A stretch of DNA of 56,815 nt, the filler included, from Sphacelaria rigidula (lineage: Eukaryota): the NCBI GenBank assembly GCA_964200075.2. It is 5 parts of 5 records of this genome, joined end to end, with 100 filler letters (N's around TTAATTAATTAA, not from the genome) between each part and the next. Parts side by side here need not be neighbours in the genome. Positions count along the whole stretch, not along the records: positions 11,385 to 22,667 come from CAXNAA020005116.1; positions 22,768 to 34,050 come from CAXNAA020005117.1; 3 more parts are not named here. One strand, 5' to 3'. This document shows positions 11,385 through 24,914 of this stretch, in pieces (positions within the stretch are counted from its first letter, which is position 1; each line of letters opens with the position of its first letter). The notes beneath the pieces are model-generated. The model was not told the DNA's origin, ran no database searches, and saw only the letters and a list, made by a program, of their open reading frames with translations. The translations under genes were made by a program, and so were the position numbers.

Positions 11385-11904
11385 ATTTTAATCCTCCGGG
11401 TTCTCATCCTCAATCAAAAGCACCATCCTCAACATAGATGATTGGCTGTTTCATCATGATTTCTCTATTCTCTGCCGGCTGCCGGGGGTCCCCTTGTGAA
11501 GACCCTCAAAAGGCGGTACAGAATGCCCCAAAAGAAACATCATAGAATGATGTGTCCCGGGAGAGTCCAAGGAACACATGTACAAAGTTTGATGGAGAAA
11601 CTTGAAAACCTCGTGCAGTTTTTCTCGCCCTGACGTGAAATTCGCTCAAAAACAGCTTTCGATACTAACACCGAGTAGTTGGGAGTAGCACATTTCAAGC
11701 CCACATCCTCCACAAACGCGCAAACCTTCACGCTGTTATTAGGGGTAACACCCTGAAACTTTGCATAAGTAAATATGTCATGTTTCATTACGCAACTTTT
11801 TATGAACAAATTTTCTTCTACTTATCGAGTTATTCGCCATTTTTCGGGGGGTCCGACGCAGTATCCAACTCGGACGCTTTTATACGTCGGACCAGCACGG
11901 GTGT

Positions 11905-12180
11905 CACTCGTGGCGCTCGCACTCGGGCTGCTCGTTGGCCGAAAAATGAAAAGGGTGAGTACTCGAGTCATTGCTCGCTGTGGAAAAAATGAAGGAGTCG
12001 TCGCTCTCGTTGTGGCAAAATTGAACAAGGCGAGTACTTGAGACGTCGCTCGTTGTGCGAAGACTGTATAGGGCGAGCACTCGAGGCATTTCTCGTTATG
12101 CAAAAATGGAAGAGGCCGGGCACTCGAGTCATCGCTCGCTGTTAAAACAAAATTTCGAACACCTGTACCTTGAGTCATGA
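11905..12180. repeat. Degenerate tandem array of ~43-bp units
   Basis: Repeated G(C/T)ACTCGAGTCAT.GCTCG.TGT...AAAATG, about 6 copies. Confidence 0.65.
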
Positions 12181-13824
12181 CGCAACGGTGTGGATGAACG
12201 AAAAAAGTATACTCCATGCAACTTCACGGGGCTTCGGAGGCATCGATGCTCCCCGAAAAAATGAGTTGCTCGAAAAGCGGTGGACTAATTCGAGAAGTTG
12301 TCTGCACCGTCAACTAGCGTTCTACCCCATGCAATCTCTCCATGAAGTTCTAGGGTCCAAGACCTGACGACAGCGTGGGGTTTCGCTTGCGAGTGTTCGA
12401 TGAGCCATACGCCTGGACCAGGCTGTGTATTGTATGAAAATAAAAAACGAGGTAGTTGAGCGCACGGCAGCATCTCCATGAAATTATATTTCACCACTAA
12501 TCGGGTTACCCTCGTCGCCTGATCTCTAAACAGATACACCCACTAATACATCCAGTTCGTCGTTGCATTTTTGGCCGAACGTGTTGACGGGTTAATGGAT
12601 GTAGGGCCAAGTGAGTTCCCGAGATCGAGCTGCCCCGGGAAGTTCAGACACCCGGTGTGGACGCGAAGTGAAAGTTACCTTCCAAGGTATCACGGGCTTG
12701 ACTCCATACGATCGATGGAAGGTGCCGAACGTGAACCCCACGGTTCGTCCGAGTATTCGAGTGAAAATGAAGACCCACAGAGTAACAGCACTTCATTATT
12801 CGTTGCTTCTCCAGCTCGCAAATCTCCTCTAAAATCATCATGTGTACGGGTGCAGAACACCAAATTTTGAATATACATGCCCGTGCCTGTTTCTACGTTA
12901 CGACCGCGTTCATCTGTAAGGTGTGACACTCAATTCATTCCCCGTGTTGTTGCGTGTGCCCGTCAGGCGCTGTGGGAAGTACCTCAACATCGACCTATAT
13001 TCTTGTATGGAAAGCCTCTAGATGACGTCCTCGACGCAGCGCAGCGAAGCGCAACGTTCTGTCGCCATGTTGTGAACGCAGCGGACACGCCTCTCTTGAC
13101 ACGAAAAAGGCATTGCATTAGTTTTTCGTGTATTACGATATGTCAACCGCCTCACGCCCCTGTCAATCACAGACCACGACGGCAAACCAGTGCAGTAACG
13201 GCACTAGCCGTCACACTACGAAGATGGCATAAGGTCAAGTCCTCTGACGTCACAAGCGCGAATCGCACAAATGAACAAGGGGACAGATGGGAGGCAGTGA
13301 GATGGGGGATGGGGGCAGCTGGCCATCCACTCAGACATCACGAGTGAAAAGCCAGCCGAATGTGGAATCCATTACTAAGGTGGACGAGACGCTATACCCA
13401 CCACACCGATCGCAAAAAATGGTGGGTGGGGGGAAAATGAGAAACAAAGTATTTGACCAGCACACGGTCGAGATACATCAAAAAAAATCGACGCCAAAAC
13501 CCACTGAAGCGCAGTAAGACACTCACAACAAAACGCGAAAATACACGCAGTAAAAGTCTCTCCCTTCGACCTCGATCTGGTTTGCTGCAGTAGCTCCAGT
13601 CCGCAACGTCCCTCAAACTTTTTAAAGTCGTATCTCAGTAACTACAGTACTACGGTAAAGGGGGCACGCCGACACGCCGCCCCCGGGAACACACTAAACC
13701 GCCGACGAGAGTACCACGTCAAGACAGATATTTTCAATCCAATTCCGTCCGGGATACCTCGGATAAGTCGGCCAGCGTGAACATACACCAAGAGGACAAC
13801 TCAGTGGCGTATGCAAAAACCAAA

Positions 13825-16800
13825 CTAGTACTTGTAGCCCGAGACGAAAAGAGTCTCGTCTGCCGAAGGCTGAGATCCCGCTACGTACTTGCCGAGGTTG
13901 GCTTCCGAGTTGGCCTGTGCACGCGCAATCAACTGAGTCTGTGCGGCCTCCAAATTCTCGGCTTTGCCCTGCCACGCCTTCAAGGTCGACTGCTGAAGCG
14001 CACGTCCGTAGGAGAATGAGAGAGACCTGGTGGAAGAGGCAGGGAGAAGTACGGGTGGTGGAACAATTAAACAATTTGACGGGATGAAAAGAGTTGATAT
14101 GTCTCGATACGAGTTTGGGGTAGACGATAATTTCCCGTGAACTATAATCGATGTGCACCCGGGAATAACCGTAAAACCCTTGCCCATCCACCAAACGAGA
14201 TACGGCATGCTGATGAGGCATCGGATCAGGCCACATTCAACTCTCCTCGTCAGAATCCATCATGGGGCTTGTAGATGGTCTCGTGTGGCGGAACCAACCA
14301 CTTGTAACGGTAAGTATTCCACGCCCAACTCGCGGATTGAGGTCAGACTGGGCAGTTTAAAAACCGGGTGGGGAGCACTTCGGAAAACTTTCCGGGCCGT
14401 GTATCGGCTCATGTTTGTTACTCGTGTTTGATATTTTCACAAGTGAGCGTTCGTCACGAGAAAAAAGATGGGCCTATTGGACCGACATGTCTTCGCGACT
14501 TTCCATCCAGAATCTTCACATAAACATCACCATTGGCACATTATAATAACCAGTTGTGACCGACACCATTTCTGAGCATCACCACGGAGAGAGGAACGTA
14601 CCACGGGCCCTTGCGTTCGAAGGAGTTCATGATGTTGAGGTTGACGGATGCCTCCTCCTCGGACATACCACCGGAAAGGAACATGATACCGGGTACGGCG
14701 GCGGGCACGTGGCGCTCTAGCACGCTTACGGTAGTCTTGGCCACATCCTCGGGGGAAACGGGCTCGGTGCAGTCAGCGCCGGGGCAGGTCATGGAAGGCT
14801 TCAAGAGGGAACCCTCGAGGAAGACGTTGTTGTCGGAGCACGCCTTGTACACAGCGGCCAGGACCTTCTCCTGTTCGTGGGGGACGGGAAAATGGACACG
14901 AGAATAGGGAGGGGTATAGGGACATGCGGAACATGGCGAGGTGGTCATGAGTTTCCACGTTTCAAATGATTTTCGTCAAATGCACCTACAAGGGGATGGA
15001 TTGACTAGTTGCGACCCTTCATCGGCCACACGAAAACTAGGGAGAGGAGAAACGCGATTTATTTTCGTACGTCAGCAAATAAAAACGGAAGACGAAGACG
15101 TGGGCATCACCGGATCAAGCAGCACGACAGTCCTCCTTACTTGCTTGACCGCCGGAGTGCGCCATATGCTGTTGGGTTGGGGCTCATGCCATAATCCGAG
15201 TAGATCCTAGGCAACAAATCACCCCCTCTCGCCTTCAGTACTCTCTTCGTGCAAGGACTTGGCCATTTATTTGTCATCACTCAAATTAACCCGACAATTC
15301 AAACGTATCTTACCTGTACGGCAGCGGTGGTGGCGATGTTGTGGTCACCGTCCATCAGGATCTCGGGCTCAACGATGGGTACGAGACCCGCTTCTTGCAC
15401 GGCACGCGCGTAGCGGGCAAGTCCCCAGGCGTTCTCCTGTGGAGCACAAAAATATATAATCTTCATGTCATATTCTGCACTCCTCGATTCAAAAGTCACC
15501 AAGGTGTCTCGACGGTGAGCACAGCAACGCCGCCATCCATTTTGGTGAATCAAGGGCGAGGAAACGCCGTTATACTAAACGGGGCAACTATCGGGCAAAA
15601 ACGTTCGTGGTTGCGACAATGTGTCAAGTGACCAAACTGTCAGCGGTCACGTACACGTTGGATACGAAAGACGATTCCCGTGTCACATTCAAAACGATCC
15701 CTGGCTTACATGTACAAGATCGGAAAAATGCCACGTGAAAGGTGGTGGAGAACGGCCGTCCAAGATAAATACAGATATGGCACTCTGGCAGGAATGTTCG
15801 ACATCGTTTTTTCACGGGGATGGACCCAAGTACAGGCTACATCACACTTTTGGAATGGAAAATCCCGTCGTTTTCGGGTGTGGAAGAAGGTTCCATACTT
15901 CTCCGTCACTACGGCCCATTAACTTGCACCTTCGGGGCGCCTACGAGACGGCTGAGTGCACAGCATCAGGCGGACACGGTTGCGTGAGACCGGCAAAATT
16001 AGAGCTTCCCATGGACAAGAGCTAATGAAACCGCATCACGGACACACCTGGATGGAGAGGTTCGACGGCGCACCGTCGGAGGTGATTTGAAGCACCGCTC
16101 TCCACTTGGCGAACCGTGCACCCTGCGCGTAGTACTTCTTCGCGCGCTCCACGAGGCCGTCAAGACCAGAGCACCACGTCTCCACCTCGTGCCCCCCTGG
16201 CAGCGGCGAGAGACCGGTGTCCACCTTGATTCCGGGGATGACACCGATGCTCTTGAGGCAGTCCACGAAGGGAGTGCCATTCGCGTGGGACTGGAAGAGG
16301 GTCTCCTCGTACAGGATAGCGCCCGAGATGTAGTTGCCCAGGTTTGGGGTGGTGAACAGCATACCTGCAGGGTCGATTGCAAGTTCGGCACCGCAGAAAA
16401 AAGTCAAGCCCAAAATATACAAAATGAAGAATCACATGTGGGCCTCCCCTCTTTGCGAGCCCGACTGATATGCCCACATATGCCGAACGGTCTAGACTAG
16501 CGTCCAAAAATATGAACAAATGGAGTGACAACACAAGGGCAGTCCGGCTAGACATTTTTTCATTCTCAAAATAGTATGATTCCAGTGGATCGGATGAAAG
16601 ACACCCGGGTGGTCAGTCCTTCCTCCATCATAGTGAAACAGATGAATTCCGACGACTTCTTTTCGTCCACTTCCGTTCGGGCAAATCGACACCATCACCG
16701 AGAAAGAGGTCAACAGTCGAATCGAACACCTCCGGGTAGGGTTTCCCCAAAAACGTTCAAACAAAACAGGGTGACCTGGGTAGCGCTATTTTAGTAACGT

Positions 16801-18886
16801 CACGTCGAGAGCGGATGAGAAGCCACGACGTCTATCACCGTGTGAAGAACGGTCATCACTAGAATTACCAGCGTTCTCAGAATTAGAAATGAAAGGGGTA
16901 CAGATACGGCTCGTCAACCAGAGGTACCTGCTTACGTAAGCACTCAATCGCACCATCACGTATGATAGAGCCGACGTTGAAAAGTTCAAGTCAATCCGAG
17001 AAGTAGGCAAGTGCATTACTGACGTCGTTGAATCCTCCAGTCTCTGGTCCACGCCGACATGAAACCCGTCATCTGGTGTCCGTTAACGGGGCAAAGACGA
17101 GGTGCACTCGACCGTACAGCAGTTCGATCTCGACGTTGTTCGAAACCGCATAAAACCCACAAGATCCGAACCTACACGACATTTGCACGCCAACTGCACA
17201 CTTACTGTCTGCTAGCTTTTGATATTGCACATGAGGCCAAAGATTTGAGTGCTGTCTCCAGTACGACTGGGTACACCGGCTTGCACTACACCAGGCGGTT
17301 GGGTGTGTGATGTCCCACGGAGTGCAGTCGATACAGCCACGGGTACTTGAGTTTTTCTCTCACTACATCCAGCTCATCCGTATGAATGTGAGTCTCACCC
17401 CTGTACGCCTGGCGGTTCTCCTCTGTGTTGTCTACACCAATCGATGCCAGTCGCTTTCCGATGGTGTTGGTCGACTCGTCAACCGCCAGGATGCCCTTGC
17501 CTGTGTGTGGCGAGCAGATTGAAGGGAGTACGGACAGGACGCAAAATGAGTTCTCCACACGCCACACTTCGAGTACGTGGGATCCTCGTTCAGGGCATGA
17601 CGTTGGAGTACGCGATCCGATACCTGAACAGTACTACATCCCGTTCTCCTTCGAGCCAACGTGTTTTTGTACACGGGCTCCGCGATCATTGATATCGGGA
17701 ACCCCCAGCGAAAGGCTGCGTTGCGAAGCTCATGTAGCTCCGGGTCTTGTGTAGTTGCATCAACAACGCACGCCCACTTCCACTGCGCATACCAGCGTTT
17801 TCACCTTCACCGCTATAAACCTCATCAGCACGGGTAACACCAGTAGAGTGAGGAGAAGTACAGGAATCCCAGGCCACGCGCTACAAAAGCAGGTGCTCAG
17901 GGCGGCTACAGATGACAAGGATCGGGAGCATGATACTTCCATCGGTGAAAAACAGTGTGAATCAGTTGACTTGGTGGTTCATGCTATCAATTTCGGAGCT
18001 TGGCCCATGTAGAGAGTACGCTGACGTTTCATGTTTTCATTTTCCCTGCTCAGAAGCCACCCGTGTGATTCCATCACAGCGTGGTTTTTGTGAAGATTCT
18101 GCTCCCCATACGGAGTCGGGCAACCGAAGTCATCAACAGGGTGATCGAAACATCATACAACGTTACCCTGAAGTCATCGATGAATACGATCAACTCACGT
18201 TGTCGGTACATGAGCACCGTACGTCGGCTGGGGGAGCATGACACACGTATGCGTCGTGTACGTCTGAGCGATTCGACCTACAGAATTTGGTATACATTTT
18301 TCGTCAGTTGTACAGTGCTCCAGCCAAAACCTCACTAGTCTGGACAACATGAACTTGACGATTCAATCGATGTGAAAATACCAGCCCCCACAACCCACGT
18401 TGTTCCCCTTCCAGTTTGAGTACCACGCCAATGCCTGTCCGTGTTCCATCCTAGACTGATGTCTCGACCGCAACAAACACGCGTGGAACAACAAACCCAC
18501 GACAGAACAGAAGAGCATACGTAACATGAGCAGCGAGAGTACCACCATCTGTACGGATGCAAGGTCCAGAACGGTACACACGCTTCACACGCACGTGTAT
18601 CGAACAGCACGTTCAAGATCATGAAAATCTGGGTCGTTTTGTCCTTCACGCATGAATAGATGGTAACCTACGATCTCCGTTTACTCCCCCCTCCCTGTCG
18701 CTCACCAGGCCCCGCGATCGCCTTAGCTGTGGCGGCAAGCTCTTCCTTGTAGTCTGCCAACGCCATGCGCGTGGGAGCAACAGACGATACGCGGCTGGAG
18801 GCGCCCACAGCCTGCCCAGAGAACCCGGAAGGGGCCACGAACGCCTGGGCGGCGCCCACAGTAGCGGCGGCGAGCATAAACTTCAT
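13825..18886 (-). CDS. FBA: Fructose-bisphosphate aldolase class I, plastid-targeted precursor (397 aa, 6 exons)
   Basis: Exons 18886-18706, 17500-17399, 16364-16048, 15436-15314, 14870-14602 and 14026-13825 are all GT-AG and total 1194 nt in frame. Motifs: [39 protein letters not shown] (Schiff-base Lys), [14 protein letters not shown] and a C-terminal Tyr. The N-terminus [19 protein letters not shown] is a signal peptide with an ASAFAP-type cleavage, followed by a Ser-rich transit peptide. Confidence 0.96.
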
Positions 18887-19604
18887 GGTTGCTGTGAGCG
18901 TTAGATTTGCGTGTGACTATGCTCGTCACGTGGTGAGAGGTGCAGACTACTACTGTACGGTAGGGTAGGGCTCTGCGTTATTCCGTGGCAGGAAAAGAGG
19001 ATGATTTTTTTTTTTTCTATATTATTGCACACGTGTGTGTTTTTGCTGTGAGAAATTGCATACGTAAAAGGAACCTAATTTTTATGCGAAGGACTTTGTC
19101 TAAAATTACTGTCTCGCTATTGATCCTCAAAAATGCGGGGAATTTTGGCCAATGGCATTGGTCGGATTCGTTATGTTTATTTGGGACTTGGGACTTTCAT
19201 TTCCTGTACTGCAAGACAACGATGCCAGGAGCAGTAATGTTCTGCACTTGTACTGTTGTGCTGTCTGCACCTGTCTTTACTACACCGACCGGGTACCGCG
19301 AGTCTCAACCTTCATGCGATATATTCTAGATATCAGTGTTTTCAGTTGGTAAATGCCGCGTGGGTGACACGCGCATCAAACCACTCTCTCTCTCTCCTCT
19401 CTCTCTGGAAGACACTGCGGTGACATCTCAGCGGCAACCTCCCAGGCAACGTCGTATTCATCTTTTATCTGGCAAGTACGACACTTGAAGATAGTGCGTC
19501 GTCTCTGTTGCTAGCGGCTTCATCATTTTCGCATATGCGTGTGCGACTGGTGTCTCTCTGACATAAGCGTCGTCCGGCACGGAAAACCAAATCTGGGGGC
19601 ACCA

Positions 19605-20045
19605 ATGGTCATGGCCTTGGTGGCACCGATGGCTAGCAACTGCAGTCATGGTATCTGCTGGCAGATACTCGCAGCTCTTCCCAAGGCTGGCGGTATTGCG
19701 GACGAAGTGCCGAGGTTCAACTGTCAACAGCTCCAGCTCCTAAATGATCGCGCACGAGGGAGGATACGATCATGTGCCCACTCAGTCGAAGGAGTACCGG
19801 ACGATGCCGTTGATGGCGACCATTCCGACAACGATATCGCTCATGATAGAGACGTGGTGGTCTACCGTACGGCTTTTCGACGGAGTATATTCTTGAGGCA
19901 CACAGCTACTGCAATCTCTGCTGGAGCAGCGATGGCTGCTATATCATGTCAGCCTCAGGCAGCTTCAGCAGTTGATCCCCAGCGAGATAGAAATACCGCA
20001 TCGCCACCACCTCCTGCATTGCTGTTACCCGTGCAAAGGCTCCGG
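19605..20045 (+). CDS. First exon of a putative plastid/thylakoid-lumen protein with a twin-arginine-type transit peptide
   Basis: The open frame ends at donor CGG|GTGAGC (20045/20046). It contains FRRSIFLRHTATAISAGAAMAAISCQPQAASA-VD: RR, a hydrophobic stretch and an AxA cleavage site. It is divergent from FBA. The start codon is uncertain (first in-frame ATG is 19605, with no clear ER signal peptide) and downstream exons were not resolved. Confidence 0.5.
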
Positions 20046-20463
20046 GTGAGCGCTGGTTGCTGTGATCGCAAGGCTGGGATAAGGGGGAAGTAGATAGAAG
20101 GATGAGGGCTGGGGTGTGCCGCGAGATTTGGTGGCCGTGTGTTGTCCGTGTTACCACAATACTTTCTACATTTGTATAACTGTTTAGGTTGGGTGCGTGA
20201 TGAACGCACTGGCTCTATTATAGGTCTTTGTAAAGGGGTACACCGCACCGTCTAACTTACAGTGTGGGTTTCTACCGTCTGTATGAGACAAGGGTTAGGA
20301 GGCTCTCCTTACCTCAGTTTTTGTCCAAAAGTACACTGCACCTCCTGACTGCGGTTACAGTACGAGTTGCTACTATGTAACGGCTCTTCCTTTTTTCGTT
20401 CTTCCTCACTCTTTTTTTCTTCCTATCTGACGTTGTTCAAGTCTCCGGTGCGCAGGCTCTGTA

Positions 20464-20533
20464 CTAGCTGGACCAGCCTATAGCTGGACCAGCCTAAAAA
20501 CGGAATCGAGATCTAAAAGCAATATCTCATCGA
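20464..20533 (+). mobile_element. Left end of a TA-flanked TIR element (right end not found)
   Basis: TA|CTAGCTGGACCAGCCTA..AAAACGGA.T..AG.TCTAAAAGCAATATCTCATCGA is nearly identical to 56762-56815 and includes a 16-bp tandem duplication of the terminus. Confidence 0.65.
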
Positions 20534-22667
20534 CACAGACGAGTTGGGCCGTGATCCGCACATCGTATTGATCATCTAATCAAGGGGATAGTACCCATCT
20601 GCTCAAAAGTCTGGGCCAATATTTTCTCGTTGATTAAACCCCATGTCAAGTAACTCCTATACCTTACGTAGATAGCGTCCACACTAAAATCCATATAAAA
20701 CCCCGAACTATACATTCAACGGATGATGACGATTTTTGTTGTGAACCTTCCGTGGAGCACGGGGAGGCAAAAGATACCCTAACCCTAACCCTAATCTCGA
20801 GATATGGCGCACACAATTTTCCACGCTGAAGTCAATATAGTATGAGCGGAGGCACTACATGCCCTGAATCTGGATATCTCTTCTCAGTTTTGAAGAGTTG
20901 TTCTATGAAATTTCGTGTGAAGCACCGCTAGTGCATCATAATTTCTAAAACTACGGCTTATGCCCTTTTTTTTTCGGGTTTTTTTTCATTTTTTTCAATA
21001 AAAAATCGTGTCTGTAGTGGATCTGTCAGGAGAAATGAGCATTGCTCTAAGGCCTTATCTCAATGTTTTAGCTCAATATCTAGAAATGTGATTTGAAACT
21101 TAGCATGGAGAACCACGAAGGTGTGCCAAATAGACAAAAAAATGGGTCTTTCATTTTTTTTTTCATGGGGGTTACGGCGTTCTCGTCAAGATATGGTCTT
21201 GACCATTCTAGAACGCCCTAAACCAGTGAAGAAAATAATTGAAAAAACTGACCCACTGGTTTTTGTTCATTATGCCCTAGCGAGGGCCCACACAAAATTT
21301 CGATACACAAGAACTAAACGTGGACCGGTGAGTGGCCTACGAAATAGGGTTCCGAATTCCTACCGACCCGGTTTTTAAAAAGCGAATGTGCCGGCCAATA
21401 TTCAGAGTTGGAGCGTAAAATTTGGTATGGACAATGAAACCTTGGAGCCGATCGAATCGAGAAAGTGGCCTAGGCTCCTCACCTTGGGATTATACAAGCT
21501 GTCCAAGACACGTGGTGGAGACATTCCCTGTTGGGGGCGGGGAGTCAAAAACGGTGTCTCGCACCCAAAAACTTGAATATCTCACCAGAAAAATCAAGTC
21601 CCACGAGAGATGGCCTGAGGAACTTGAAATTGCCGAAGTCTATTGACTTGCTTGCCTGCCTTACTGTACTATGGGGAAGTTTCCAACCAGCCGCAATTTC
21701 ATTTTTCATTGCTGGCGAAGACCGCTGGTGGGGTGCGTTGCAACAGGGTAGCCGCGATCTTTTCGAAGCGCACAAGGTATCCTGTAGCGCCGCTACACGA
21801 TTCCCCACCTGTTACTCAGCGGATCCTATCTACGGCATTTGAGATGTTTGACGGGTACGCACGCTTGATTGTTGTTGTTCTGCACATATGCGACAAGTAG
21901 TACTAAAAATGTGATGTTTTCCACATGGTTTCGTCTACTCCGCTTCGTCTCGTGTCTGGTGAGGCAACAAAACCGTATTTTCATGTCCTTGACACGTGGT
22001 CAGTGTAAGACCAATTCTTCCATGGAGGTGGATCACTTCACTCGATTGTTTTCCCCCCCGTAGTCCTATCGTTCAAGGTGCAGGTTTTTTCTATTTCAGC
22101 ACGCCGCTGCACCGTACTTGTGGGCAAAATCCTCCAAACTCCCAACTCCCAACACATGACGTGTGGAGTCAGCTCTCGTGCATAACGTATCAACAAACCT
22201 ACTGGAGCAGCACATCAAGTCATGGGGCATGGCATGGACCGCGACCGTCATACTACTGTAGCTGGTGACTGGGGTCACTTTTTCACATCATCTGTGGCCG
22301 CTCGGATAATCCTGACACATTCCATCACGGCATAAATTATGTGAAAGCTTAACCCTCGTCATCAACTACCGCAGCATGACAATCTCGGTCCACACTACGC
22401 CCGAAGACTCCATACGGTACTCCAGTACGTGTGTCGGTACGTCAACCAAGGAAACTTACTTCGAATTCGCTGTGTAGGCTGTGAGGATGTGGGCTATGGC
22501 GCAAAGGCGTGACAACACAAAACAATTGGCACAAGGGCCGATGGATTCTGCTACAAGCATCCAGTCGAGAAACAAATCCGCATCCCTAGCATCCCTATAA
22601 GTAATGAACTAGAGCATGTTTCTAGCTTGGCTGTGTTGTGTGTTGTCGTCCCATCTATTCTGGGCAC

Positions 22668-22767
22668 NNNNNNNNNNNNNNNNNNNNNNNNNNNNNNNNN
22701 NNNNNNNNNNNTTAATTAATTAANNNNNNNNNNNNNNNNNNNNNNNNNNNNNNNNNNNNNNNNNNNN
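22668..22767. other. Artificial scaffold linker
   Basis: N44-TTAATTAATTAA-N44. Confidence 0.97.
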
Positions 22768-23538
22768 CACTTATGCCCCTCTTTTTTCGTGCAACCAAAT
22801 ACCCCCCCCCCCCTATCGTAGGATGACTCGTGAGCAATATACCCGTACAACATTGCTCGTATGGTACTGAATCACTGGGGCGAAGTAAGCCACCGCGGTC
22901 GCGCTATATGTATTCGATTGTTTCGCTTCCTCAGTCATCGCTTCATTATTTGATTGATAGTCGCACATTTACTAATTGATCCGTCTCGAATCTAGTAGTT
23001 AGTGTTCACGAGGTAGTACGCAAGACGAATGATCGGCCGAGCTCACCAAGAAAATTCCTACTTGAAAATTAGTCAGAGAGAGAGAAAGAAAGCAAAAAAA
23101 CAGAGCAGTGAGCCTTGAGTGAATATATATGTGTAATTGAAATGACTGAAGAATACTATACTCTTAGACAAAAGGAATGCGTCATTTTATCTATGCAGTA
23201 TTTGTCATATTCTGCTATCTTTGACACTTTGACCGCCCAGTTGTGTCCGTTCGGGCTTACATCGCCATCGTCATTGCTTTAAAAAGGAGTGTCAGCTTCA
23301 TGTGCCATCGGCAGGAGTCAGACGACGAAGGCTAACATATTCAGTTGATTCATCACCGCGGGTACGATAAGTATATTCAATCGTAAGTGATGAAAGTTCC
23401 CAGCATTTTTTAGCTGTTTCGAGCATCAAACGACGACACCAGCTTCAGCAGCATCTCTGCCGTGTTATTCCCCGCCGATCAGGTCTTTCAAGTTTAGAGG
23501 GGATACGTTCAAGATTGTTGTAGATAGAAAGCCTAAGA

Positions 23539-23811
23539 ATGAGTGATCAACCTAATGGCACCGATGCCAAGGCGGCCGCCCCCAAGCCTGTGGGCACGCG
23601 ACGTAGCGGGAGGGCTCGACGCCCTCCGCGGAATCCCAACTCTCCGGCCGCGTCCCTTGCTGACAAGGCCGCGGTCAGTGATGAGGCCACGAAGAAGAAG
23701 CAGAAGAGGGAGAGAGAGGCCAGGGCCAAGGAAAAGAAGAAGAATATTAAGGGTGACTTGCCTAGGGCGGCGGATCCCAGTGCTTTGGTTAGGGCTGCGC
23801 AGCGGCCCAGA
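23539..23811 (+). CDS. Possible first exon of an unidentified basic, Lys/Arg/Ala-rich protein
   Basis: ATG-initiated GC-rich open frame (MSDQPNGTDAKAAAPKP...KKKQKREREARAKEKKK) with an NLS-like basic cluster and a candidate donor near 23813. No family was recognised and no downstream exons were identified. Confidence 0.3.
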
Positions 23812-24914
23812 GGTGCGATCCATGTGTACGTTTTGCTGGTCTTTAGACCACGGTACGGTACAGTCTGTATACCCTAGTACCGTTTCGGTCTTACGGGTAT
23901 CGAGAAAACGGAAAGGGCAACTTGGGTACAGACAACAGTCCAGTGAAAATCTCTTGTGATTAAAACTTGCGTTTATGGGGGCATGTGGAGACAACATCAC
24001 AGGTCGTCGAATTATGTTGCTTCCGGATGACTTGGGAGCCAACCCTGAACAGCGCCACCGCACGTATAGCGCTGCGACTGGCATCGTGTCGCCTGCGATT
24101 TAGCCATCCCGATCTAGACATGTGATTTTCAACCGCGTTCGAAAGAGCCAAAACGCCTCCTTGGTTCCGTTTTCCAGCCGTCTATACTGTAGCCCATACA
24201 TTTGATATTTCTGGCAGCATTCGTCTCCGAGGTATACTTTGTTCCAACTGATGAGGATCGCGAATTTGTCGTTCTATGGCGTCGCTCTGCGCGTTGTGTA
24301 AAACGATGAGAAACGAGGCTTCCTATACTTCAACACCGCACGAGATGGTGCAGGCATATACGGTAGTCATGAAGGGTTGAATCTGTACGTGGTGGATACC
24401 GCTATTTCCCGTTTCCCCTCGTGTTGAACCGAGGGTATCCATCTACTGCTGCCTCGTGACTGCGACGCTGGAGCGAGGCGGTTATGTGCGTATCTCTTCT
24501 TGATGCGCATTTTTGTGCGAAATCCCGCTCCGACTTCGATATAATAGTGGCGGTTGGATATTCATCAGTGAAGCCAACTGGTTCAGCCCAGGAAGACCTC
24601 CGTCGTTTTGCAGCATATTCCTTGAACAAAATAAAAAGGCCCCAAGTTAGATAGCGAGATTTGACTCGAAATCCCACACCGATGCCAGAACGGGCAATTG
24701 AAGATCTCTCGCCGCAACGATGTAACCGGTGAGAGTCTTCACCGTTTTTTCAAGTCACCTGGCCACGTGTTTGATTACCCTTTTTTTCTTTAATCCACCT
24801 GCTTCAATCGCAATCTAATACTTTTTGTATCAGCCTTCTCGGCACGTGTACGGGCTGGGCCAACCAAGCGTTCCTTTTGGCAGTTGACAGGTGATGCGCA
24901 GCTTAATATGAGAA

